Virus record (IMG/VR): IMGVR_UViG_3300024262_000015
Coordinates: 32,001 to 96,000 of that record
Source of the DNA: a virus
Length of the DNA: 64,000 bases
Direction: 5' to 3' (one strand)
Shown: positions 39,684 to 47,775 of the stretch, piece after piece
Numbering within the stretch: the first letter of the stretch is position 1
Layout: the number at the start of each line of letters is the position of its first letter
Program-made: the position numbers and the translations under genes
The notes under the pieces: generated by a model
What the model was told of the DNA's origin: nothing
Databases searched by the model: none
What the model saw: only the letters and a program-made list of their open reading frames with translations

Positions 39684-40682
39684 ATGGAGTATCTTTTAAA
39701 GTTTGCTGGATATGAGGCTATTCAATCTTCTGTAGAGTCTGCTGCTAAAGCCGCTGTAACAAGCGAAAGTCCGGCCGGTAGGGTTAATGAGACGATTAAC
39801 TTTTTGACCCCTGCCAACCTTTTTTCTAACGATTTAGTAAGCGGACTTGTATCTGCTCTTGATAAATCTGGAGTTCCCGTTTTATCCACAACCAATGCTG
39901 TTTTAGATAAAGTTCATAAAGGTTTAAAGGATAAAGGAACTATTTCAGACCAAGAATTAAAGAGCATGATTTATGGAGTAACAGGAGAGCCGCCTCAAAT
40001 AACCGAAGCCTTTTATCGTTCTGAGGCTTTTGAAAAGTTCGCTAAAAAACAACCCAAAGCTCCAAGCACTTCTGTTTTAGGAAGGGCTTTAAATTTTATC
40101 AACCCATTTAGTCGAAGTGGATTTCTCGGTGGACTTTTATTTGGTCTTATTAAATGGACGCTTATAGGTGCGGGGCTTTTGGCTGGTGGAGTTGTAGTTA
40201 AAAAGCTATGGGATATTCATAAAGATAAAGATAAAGATAAAGATAAAACCCCCTCTAATCCGCAAACTCCAACTTCTTCTTCTTCTTCTTCTTCTCAAAT
40301 TGGAGCGGTTGAGATTGATCTGCCTTTAGAAAAGAAACTACGTATTAAAGGAAACTGGCCAGGATCAAGCAACCCAACCTTTCCAGTAGAAAGCAGTTGG
40401 GGGACTGAGTATTTTGATAATGATGATAACGAGCTTTGGGTAGTAGCGCTCGACAAGCCGCTTCCACAACAGCTTTTAAGTTGGGCAAATCAAATTTATC
40501 CTCATACTCAATCGTTAAATAGCAAATTAAAGAATAGTCCAGCATTTAATAAAGTGGTTTCTATTATGAGAAAGGGCGTAAACCCTCATAATCCTAATAG
40601 GGTAATTGTTCCTATGGGTGCTCACTCTATTAAAGAAATTGTAGACATGTTTGTAGGAGAGGTTGAACACGATGAAGAGTAA
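39684..40682 (+). CDS. Putative membrane-inserting virion protein
   Basis: Hydrophobic GFLGGLLFGLIKWTLIGAGLLAGGVVV segment; (DK)n and poly-S linker. Confidence 0.55.
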   Translation: MEYLLKFAGYEAIQSSVESAAKAAVTSESPAGRVNETINFLTPANLFSNDLVSGLVSALDKSGVPVLSTTNAVLDKVHKGLKDKGTISDQELKSMIYGVTGEPPQITEAFYRSEAFEKFAKKQPKAPSTSVLGRALNFINPFSRSGFLGGLLFGLIKWTLIGAGLLAGGVVVKKLWDIHKDKDKDKDKTPSNPQTPTSSSSSSSQIGAVEIDLPLEKKLRIKGNWPGSSNPTFPVESSWGTEYFDNDDNELWVVALDKPLPQQLLSWANQIYPHTQSLNSKLKNSPAFNKVVSIMRKGVNPHNPNRVIVPMGAHSIKEIVDMFVGEVEHDEE

Positions 40683-42012
40683 AATCTTTGATGAGTACGC
40701 AAAACTAGCAAGCGAGTTAGGATGGATTGCGGAGGCCAAAGATTCCCCAGAGGAAATTGAAGACCTTTATAATGTAAGGCCTAATGGGGATGAGGATGAC
40801 CGAACATTAATGGAAAAGGCTCATCCTAATGGAGGCTTGGTTGTATCTCCCGCGTATGATGCAGTTAATGGAATTGCAATGACCAATCCTGAGCAATCTA
40901 GCTTAATGGCTCAAATTGCTACCAACCCTCCTAACGGAAACTATACTCAGGTTCCTTGGATTCAACGTGGAGATGAGCTTAAAAGACTTCTTGTACGTAT
41001 GGCTTTCAAATTAGATTCTGAAAATGAAACCGAGCTAATGGCATTGGCCGATGAATGTTTAGGCGGTGTGGTTGTTAAAACCTCATCGTTTCAAAAAGAA
41101 GCTTCATGGATTGGAATGGGAGCAAGACTTCTCGGAGCAATTGTCCTCCCTGGAATCGCGAGCAAATTATTTGAAGCGCATGAAGAAGGACAAGTAGCTA
41201 AAGGAATTAAGTCTGATAGTAGAGCATCCGGAAGAGGGATGCGAGGAATGGACCGAAAAAACTACAGTGCTGCTAAAGGTGCCCAACGAGCGGCCATGAG
41301 CAGTGCAATGGGACGAGGGGCGGCGCTAGGGGGAACTATTCTTCTTCTCTATGGACTAGTTAATAACATCAATCCCGTATCTCAAGGAATTCTTAACGAC
41401 CTTGAGTTTGCTAAAGAAGAGCTTAAGGATGCTACTGATGATGTCCATACGCCTGCTATCTTAATAAAGATAATGGCCCGTATTACCAAGTACATGTCTT
41501 CAGTTAATAAATGGCTTTCAAAGAAACGAAAAATCCTAACTTTAACTATGAACATGAAAAATACTGTTCAGGAAAATAAGGATTCAGAAGCTAATGAGCT
41601 AAAAATAGAGGCGGCCGAATTTCAAAAAGAAACAGAGCTTTTCGTTGGCTTTATAGATCGAGCGTTGGAAATATTGAGCACTCTCGATAGAAAAGAATCG
41701 GATTGGATTAAAGAGTTCCGTCCCCTTAAAACTGTAGTTCGTTGGATTGAGCCCCACGATTTAGATGAAGCCATTGGAGCTTTACAAACCGCAAAAAAAT
41801 CTGCTGAAGAAATGGTAAAAGAGTTTAATGAGGTAAAAAAAGAAGTAGATACTGCGGTAGATACTGAAGCCGCTAAGGCATTAGAGTATCTAGACGATCC
41901 CATAGAAGCAGCAAATGATAACGCTACCCAACAAGCTAAAGCTGCTTCGGTTGAAAGGGATTGGAAAATGATGATCAAACAACAAATTTCTGGAAAGGTT
42001 TGGGAGATTTAG
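40672..42012 (+). CDS. Putative inner-core/ejection protein
   Basis: AHPNGG module, hairpin module, KEAS followed by two hydrophobic segments and a coiled coil. Confidence 0.55.
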   Translation: MKSKIFDEYAKLASELGWIAEAKDSPEEIEDLYNVRPNGDEDDRTLMEKAHPNGGLVVSPAYDAVNGIAMTNPEQSSLMAQIATNPPNGNYTQVPWIQRGDELKRLLVRMAFKLDSENETELMALADECLGGVVVKTSSFQKEASWIGMGARLLGAIVLPGIASKLFEAHEEGQVAKGIKSDSRASGRGMRGMDRKNYSAAKGAQRAAMSSAMGRGAALGGTILLLYGLVNNINPVSQGILNDLEFAKEELKDATDDVHTPAILIKIMARITKYMSSVNKWLSKKRKILTLTMNMKNTVQENKDSEANELKIEAAEFQKETELFVGFIDRALEILSTLDRKESDWIKEFRPLKTVVRWIEPHDLDEAIGALQTAKKSAEEMVKEFNEVKKEVDTAVDTEAAKALEYLDDPIEAANDNATQQAKAASVERDWKMMIKQQISGKVWEI

Positions 42013-42013
42013 A

Positions 42014-42274
42014 GTGAAAAAGAAAGCCCAGCCTAAGATTGATGCCTTTTCCTGGGATGATTTTCAAACTGATCCGCCATTCTTTTCTAGATTTCTAATC
42101 ACCTCAGAGCAGTCAAAAATTCAGACTGGCAGACAAGAAAACTCTCAGGCTATAGGGGTTACTCATCAAGCACAACCAAAGTTTTCTGGTCAAGATTTAG
42201 ATGTAATGCTTAAAATTTTTTTGAAGCTTTTAAGCTCGGACCAAAAGCCACCTCTTAAAGACGAATTTAATTAG
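42014..42274 (+). CDS. Small hypothetical protein
   Basis: GTG start, MKKKAQ. Confidence 0.45.
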   Translation: MKKKAQPKIDAFSWDDFQTDPPFFSRFLITSEQSKIQTGRQENSQAIGVTHQAQPKFSGQDLDVMLKIFLKLLSSDQKPPLKDEFN

Positions 42275-42371
42275 CAATTTAATCCCTCTGCTTCTATGCC
42301 TAAATCAATATAAAGTGTTGAAGGTGTAAGTCTGCTGTAGCACTTTTTACGCTACAGAGAGGAAATTTCAA

Positions 42372-43073
42372 ATGGCTTTAAGATTAGAACAGCCTGGCAT
42401 TCAACCGCTAGGACAATTTGATGGATACGACGACCAAATTGCTACCATTCTTGGTGGTGAAGTTGGAGCGATTGTTGGTATTCTAGTGAGCAATCCGGAC
42501 CTTGCTGCATCTGATGCGGACGGTTCAGATGGTTATATTGGTGCTCCTCCACTACAACGACGTACGATTATTACGCGAAACCTTGTTGCTTCCAACATCA
42601 ATAGGCCTCTAGGGCTTTTGGATGATGGTACGTCTACTGGCTTCTCGTCAACTGGTTACGGAACCCTTTTGGGTGTTGTGGTTGGTGGAACTGCTGGTCG
42701 CCAGTCCGTTGGAGGGGTCGTACTCGGTCCGCCCACCGCACTTGGTTCCGGTAAAATTACTTTCTGGGATAAGCCCGGTTTGTATGCCACCACGCTAGAT
42801 GCGGTTGATAGAGATCCGGTTGACGGACTTCTACCTTCCAACCTAAGTCTCACCGTTGGTTCGCCGCTCTTTGCTACGGATACGGGTCTTTTGACTCCTG
42901 ATGCTGCTGAGAGCTTCGAGGTAGGACTTGTTCTTGCTCGTTTCCTTGAATTCATGACTGATGGTTCATTGGTCAACACGCCGGTTAGCTTGGTAGCCCC
43001 AGTAACTGGCCCCGGATCGCGCCCGCAAACGTTCACCCGAGCGGTTTACGAGTTCTATCCGCCACGCACGTAA
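42372..43073 (+). CDS. Head decoration/cement-like protein (paralog 3), immediately upstream of the MCP
   Basis: PLGLLDDG, GSGKITFW, LFATDTGLLT; SD GAGGA. Confidence 0.7.
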   Translation: MALRLEQPGIQPLGQFDGYDDQIATILGGEVGAIVGILVSNPDLAASDADGSDGYIGAPPLQRRTIITRNLVASNINRPLGLLDDGTSTGFSSTGYGTLLGVVVGGTAGRQSVGGVVLGPPTALGSGKITFWDKPGLYATTLDAVDRDPVDGLLPSNLSLTVGSPLFATDTGLLTPDAAESFEVGLVLARFLEFMTDGSLVNTPVSLVAPVTGPGSRPQTFTRAVYEFYPPRT

Positions 43074-43079
43074 GGTGTC

Positions 43080-43124
43080 TTAGCCCCTTTGGGAATTAAC
43101 CTGGAGGGGCTAAACCCTTTTTTT
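43080..43124 (+). terminator. Terminator-like hairpin between the decoration gene and the MCP
   Basis: TTAGCCCCT...AGGGGCTAA followed by ACCCTTTTTTT. Confidence 0.55.
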
Positions 43125-43168
43125 GGCTGTTAACGAAAGTAGGCAGCTACTAACCAGGAGAAAAAAAT

Positions 43169-46100
43169 ATGAATATGTTTGATAACAAAGGGCAAATCAA
43201 CGCTGGGTCGTTGCAGGAAGCTCTTGGAACGATTGCGAAGTACGCATCGATTCTTGAAGAAAATCAGCCGTCCAATATGGCAATGGCTGGTACGCCGGGC
43301 TTTGATGAGCAGACCCGGAATGACCTTATCTCACGAGCTATGTTTACCCAAGACGGTAAGTATGCGCTTGCGCAGGTAATGGCCAATCCCAATTATTAGT
43401 AATAACGATTACGCAAATGGGATATAAAATCTGACTATATGCGGGAATTTCCGAAAGTTTTACCTACCCTGATATAAGATATAAAACGGCTAACCATAGA
43501 AGGTGGTCGTCTAGAGTCTGGGTAAGAATGGTAAAAATGAATGACGGGCAATCCGCAGGAAAGACAGACGTTAAAAAGATAGACTTAATAATTCAGCAAT
43601 ATGAAGCTGGATTGAAACCTAATAAGATTGTTGAAAACACTAATTATAATTTGGAAGATGTAATTCAAATTATAAAAACCAATCTTAAATGGGGGAAAAA
43701 TAAGTATCTTTCTAATTTAACTCAAGCTGAAGTTCAAGAGGTAATAAAATTATTTGATAATGGATGGCGTTTGAAATGCAAATTTCTTTAAAGTGAGTTG
43801 TAATTCAGTTACCCAACTTCTAAGATCAAATAATCGTAACCCTAGCTTTGAGTTATAAAATAATGCCTGAATCCTCAACGACTAATACGTCAGACATCCG
43901 GGAAAAAGATAGAACCAAGGGGTTTTTATCTAACCCGGTAATGATAGAGTCTGGTCCTTACAAAAATGTAAGGAGCTAAGCAGAAATGACTTAGCCAGTT
44001 CCCCTGAACTGTAACAAAAATGTTCGCCGTAACTTAGACTATCAGGGAGTGTTCCGTAGAGCACTAGTAGTCGATCCGTTAAATTAGGCAGCGGATCTAA
44101 AAATTGGCTGTATGCTGGAAAACCTAAAAGCTTCAATACTTTAACCTTAAAGCCCTTGCACTAAAGCAGGGTTAAATAAACTAAAGTAAAAATTTGAAGA
44201 TGATATAGACAATCAGCAGGAAAAAGATGAAAAACCCTAGCCTGGACAAAAAGCTTTTGAGAACCTTGTATGTAGAAAAGAAAAAAACTGCATATGAAAT
44301 TTCAGAGCTTTTACAAATAAAACAAGAAGTAGTTATCAACTCTTTAAAAGAGAATAATATTGATCACTCTCCTAAACTAAGAAAATATCGTTTAGTAAGA
44401 AAAGCCCCTTTAACTAGGGAACAAAAAGAAGCGATTATTGGGATGGTTTTGGGTGGAGGAAGAATTGTTTCTCATGGGAGTCGAAAAAAAACTTATCATT
44501 TAGAAACTTCTAATCTTGAAAAGGACAAAGATCTAATCCTTTATAAAAAAGGAACCCTCGGGAATCTTTGTAATTTGATAAGAGAAGAAGAAAAAAAAGA
44601 TAAGAAATTTTTAAAATTGATAACAGCTAATCACCAAGAGTTGAAATGGTACTCAGATTTATTTTATAACAACCATAAAAAAGTTATAAAAGAAAATTTA
44701 TTATACCATGTGTCACCTCGTTCGGTGGCTTTTTGGGCTATGGACAAAAGTTATATGCGAACTGAAGATAATCAATTTTGGATGCGCTTCAGTACGTATG
44801 AATTTTCAAAAGAAGAACATAAGTTGCTTCAAGCTATGTTAAAAATAAACTTCAATATAAGAAGTAAGGTTTGTGAATATAAGTGGAAGGGTAAAGTTTG
44901 TAATTACCTTTCTTTAAATAAACGCAACACTTTATTAATGGCCGAATTAACCGAGCCATTTTATAAAGAAGCTAACAGATACATAGTTCATCTTGATCCT
45001 CAACGACTAGAATGCCAATCTTCAGAAAATAAAAACTCTGAATGATGATACAGTCTGACCTTTACTGAGAAGTAAAGAGCCAAGCAGAAATGACTTGGCC
45101 TTGTAACAACCCCTGTGCCTCAGGGTGCTATTCCTCGCTATGACCGGGACATTGATGTCGCTGCGGTTGTCGTATCCAGCAATGGTGCGCCTCCGGAAAG
45201 CCGCGTATTCGGTGACTCGGTTATTGTTCCTGAATTCGAGATCGTTTCTAACCCGACCATCCGTACCTCTGAGGTTCGGCGTCGGCGCTTTAACGTAATC
45301 GACCGTGCTGTTCAAAAGGCACGTCAGGAAATCATGGCGCAGGAGGATGCGAATGGTTTTGCTTCACTCGATGCGGCAGCCGAAGTCGAAAATATCCCTC
45401 AGGATATTGCCGATAGCGGTCTTCTAAAGCGAGATCTTGCTGCGATTAAGCGGCAGGTTGACCATTGGGACCTAGTGACGACCAAGTTCTTCATGAACAT
45501 CAATGAGTTCACGGACATCCTTAACTGGGGTTCCGGTGGTGGTCAGGGCGCAACTGGTGGCGACGTTGATCCTGTTGGAAATCACTATAATTAGTGATAG
45601 TGGCAGCCTTAAGAATGTGAATTCTTTTGGAAAAATTTGGCTATATGCTGGAACCTCCGAATACCTAACAACTTTAAAGATATAGATTAGTCATTGAAGA
45701 CAATCTTTAAAAGATAAAGCAAAAGGTTAGGATGAAACGGACAATCAGCAGGAAAGTTAATGAAAATTTACCAACTAGCGAAGTTAAAAAACTTTTCTTT
45801 GAGGAAAATAAAAGCCGCTTAGAAATTGCCGAGATTTTTAATACTAATAGTTCTTCTATTTCAAAAATTTTGGGTCGGCCTCCCTACCCAAAAAACAAAA
45901 TAGAAGAAATAAAATCTTTGCATATTTCTCAGCTACAAAAGGAATTTATAATTGGCTCTACTCTGGGAGACGCTTCTTTACTTAAAAGAATTAATTTCAA
46001 AAATTGTTCTTTTAAAGTTAGCCATTGTGAAGCGCAAAAAGAGTACTTGTTATGGAAAGCTGATTTTTTAAATCCTTTTGTAAATAGTGTGGCGAGAAGT

Positions 46101-46901
46101 AAAGACAAAAGAGGAAACTCTATAATGTATGGTTTTACTTCATTAAGTCATCAGGACTTTTATCCCTTAAGAGAAATGTTTTATAAAGATAAAATAAAAG
46201 TTGTTAAAAAAGATATTCAAGCTTATTTAACTCCTTTTGCTTTAGCTATTTGGTTTATGGACGACGGTACGGTTTTGAGAAGTGATTGTAGGTTATCTAC
46301 CGACAGTTTTACTTATCAAGAAAACCAACTTTTATCTCAAATGTTAAAAGAAAATTTTGGGTTTAATGTTAAGGTTAGAAAATATATTAGAAATAATAAA
46401 CGTTTTAACTTCCTTTCTTTTACCCAACCTGACCGTCCTAAGCTTAGAGATCTCATAAAGCCTTTTTTGGTAGAATGTATGAGCTATAAGCTTCCTTAGC
46501 CTCCTCAACGACTATATGCCAAACATCTCGTTAAAGAGATGATGATATAGTCTGACCTTTACTGAAAAGTAAAGAGCCAAGCAGAAATGACTTGGCAGGG
46601 ATTTATCCCTTAACAAAAGTGTACGCAACGTGAAATTCTTCAGACTGGGCTTTATGCTCATCTCTGGGGTGCTGATATCATTGTTTCCAAGGTTGTTCCT
46701 CCGGGTACTGTCTTTGGTTGTGCTGACCCTGAGTTCGTAGGGGTTATGCCGATTCGTCAGGACATTGAAGTAATGCCTGCCGATGAGCCGAAACAACTCA
46801 AGCTAGGTTGGATCGTTTCTGAAGAAATTGGTATCGCAATCGTCAACCCGCGTGGTTGTTCCAAGGGTCTAAAGAGCTTGGTTATTAACCCCGCTCCCTA
46901 A
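43169..46901 (+). CDS. Major capsid protein (HK97-fold), join(43169..43391,44023..44079,45116..45575,46622..46901), 339 aa
   Basis: The exons join in frame: ...LAQVMANP-I-RRNLDYQGVFRRALVVDP-L-PQGAIPRYDRD...PEFEI...AQED...DP-V-TQREILQTGLYAHLWGADIIVS...GWIVSEEIGIAIVNPRG*. Total 1020 nt. Confidence 0.88.
43392..44022 (+). ncRNA. Group I intron 1 in the MCP (631 nt)
   Basis: Core elements CTGACTATATGCGGGAA, CAATCCGCAG, CCTCAACGACTA..CGTCAG and GATAGAGTCTG; terminal G at 44022. The 5' junction is inferred. Confidence 0.85.
43528..43857 (+). pseudogene. Degenerate intron-encoded endonuclease (HTH repeats only, frameshifted)
   Basis: QYEAGLKPNKI...; second HTH continues in another frame (KVSCNSVTQLLRSNN); no LAGLIDADG motif. 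Confidence 0.55.
44080..45115 (+). ncRNA. Group I intron 2 in the MCP (1036 nt)
   Basis: P1 GATCCGT/GCGGATC with a U-G pair at 44079; P10 AGGCA/TGCCT; TGCTGGAAA, CAATCAGCAG, CCTCAACGACTA, GATACAGTCTG; terminal G 45115. Confidence 0.92.
44227..45045 (+). CDS. Intron-encoded LAGLIDADG homing endonuclease (motifs degenerate)
   Basis: HTH plus IIGMVLGGG and VAFWAMDKS; the usual acidic residues of GDG/MDDG are partly lost. Confidence 0.8.
   Translation: MKNPSLDKKLLRTLYVEKKKTAYEISELLQIKQEVVINSLKENNIDHSPKLRKYRLVRKAPLTREQKEAIIGMVLGGGRIVSHGSRKKTYHLETSNLEKDKDLILYKKGTLGNLCNLIREEEKKDKKFLKLITANHQELKWYSDLFYNNHKKVIKENLLYHVSPRSVAFWAMDKSYMRTEDNQFWMRFSTYEFSKEEHKLLQAMLKINFNIRSKVCEYKWKGKVCNYLSLNKRNTLLMAELTEPFYKEANRYIVHLDPQRLECQSSENKNSE
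45576..46621 (+). ncRNA. Group I intron 3 in the MCP (1046 nt)
   Basis: P1 CTGT/GCAG with a U-G pair at 45575; TGCTGGAA, CAATCAGCAG, CCTCAACGACTA, GATATAGTCTG; terminal G 46621. Confidence 0.92.
45732..46499 (+). CDS. Intron-encoded LAGLIDADG homing endonuclease
   Basis: IIGSTLGDASL and LAIWFMDDG; LSTDSFT; MSYKL C-terminus. Confidence 0.9.
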   Translation: MKRTISRKVNENLPTSEVKKLFFEENKSRLEIAEIFNTNSSSISKILGRPPYPKNKIEEIKSLHISQLQKEFIIGSTLGDASLLKRINFKNCSFKVSHCEAQKEYLLWKADFLNPFVNSVARSKDKRGNSIMYGFTSLSHQDFYPLREMFYKDKIKVVKKDIQAYLTPFALAIWFMDDGTVLRSDCRLSTDSFTYQENQLLSQMLKENFGFNVKVRKYIRNNKRFNFLSFTQPDRPKLRDLIKPFLVECMSYKLP

Positions 46902-46925
46902 GATCAATAGGTAAGAACGAAAGAT

Positions 46926-46960
46926 GAAAAGGCCTGGGTGTTCCCAGGCCTTTTCTTTTG
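46926..46960 (+). terminator. Intrinsic terminator after the MCP
   Basis: GAAAAGGCCTGGG-TGTT-CCCAGGCCTTTTC followed by a T-rich tail. Confidence 0.9.
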
Positions 46961-46980
46961 TTTTCTGCAAACACCCAGGT

Positions 46981-46994
46981 CAATATAAAGGTAT
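46981..46994 (+). promoter_or_regulatory. Representative copy of a candidate late promoter, AATA-N5-RNRT
   Basis: CAATA TAAAG GTAT; similar elements precede many genes (see findings). Confidence 0.5.
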
Positions 46995-47003
46995 AAAAAG
47001 GAA

Positions 47004-47774
47004 ATGGGAATTAAATTATCCTTGCCTGAAAAAGCCAAGCTGGCAAAATTAGCCGCTTCCGATTTTAAACAGTATGTTGATTGGGGACGAAAAGACTGTC
47101 CTTCACAACAAAGCTATGAACTCTCTTGCTCTCCTAATCCAGATTTTTCTGATTTAAGAATCGAGGCTTTTAATAAATTAGCTACCCCACAAACGCCCAT
47201 TACCAAACTAGCTTTTGATACTCGTCGTATTGACCCTAAAGCTCGTAACCCTAGAGGTAACCTACAAAATTGGAAACGCAGTGCACCGTTTGTTACCAAT
47301 GATGATAAGGAAAAACTAGGCAAGTTTGGAAAAGTCTTTATAGCTACCAAAGAGTTAAAGACAGAGCTTGAAGGACAACAGGGGTGGTTTGATAGCTTTG
47401 CGCGGCTTCTTTACGATACATTACATAGAACTTTACGTAAAAAACAAGGAACAGTAGAGATTTCTCAACCTCAATTTTCTTATCTTGAACAGCTTCTTTT
47501 TAATAGATATCGAATAAGCATGGAAGATGTGGAAAGTTTATCTAATTCCGAACTTCAAAAACGCATTCTATCTAAAGATGAAGAACTTTTGGAACAAGCT
47601 CAGAGCCTTAGAAAGGATGGCAAAATCCCTTCTGATTTGCAAACTTTCTCTAAGGAGATTAAAGAGGAATCTGCGTCAGCAAAAGAAATCGTAAACAACC
47701 TTTTTAAGAAAATAACCTCAGGAAATGGAACGAGAACAATAACAATAACCATTTCCAATCAAGAGGTTAAATAA
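47004..47774 (+). CDS. Hypothetical protein
   Basis: 256 aa; KLAA, KLAT and KLAF motifs. Confidence 0.6.
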   Translation: MGIKLSLPEKAKLAKLAASDFKQYVDWGRKDCPSQQSYELSCSPNPDFSDLRIEAFNKLATPQTPITKLAFDTRRIDPKARNPRGNLQNWKRSAPFVTNDDKEKLGKFGKVFIATKELKTELEGQQGWFDSFARLLYDTLHRTLRKKQGTVEISQPQFSYLEQLLFNRYRISMEDVESLSNSELQKRILSKDEELLEQAQSLRKDGKIPSDLQTFSKEIKEESASAKEIVNNLFKKITSGNGTRTITITISNQEVK

Positions 47775-47775
47775 A

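Noticed and set aside
43169-45594. ORFs 43169..43399 and 45115..45594 as independent genes
   Set aside because: They are exons 1 and 3 of the capsid gene running into intron stop codons.
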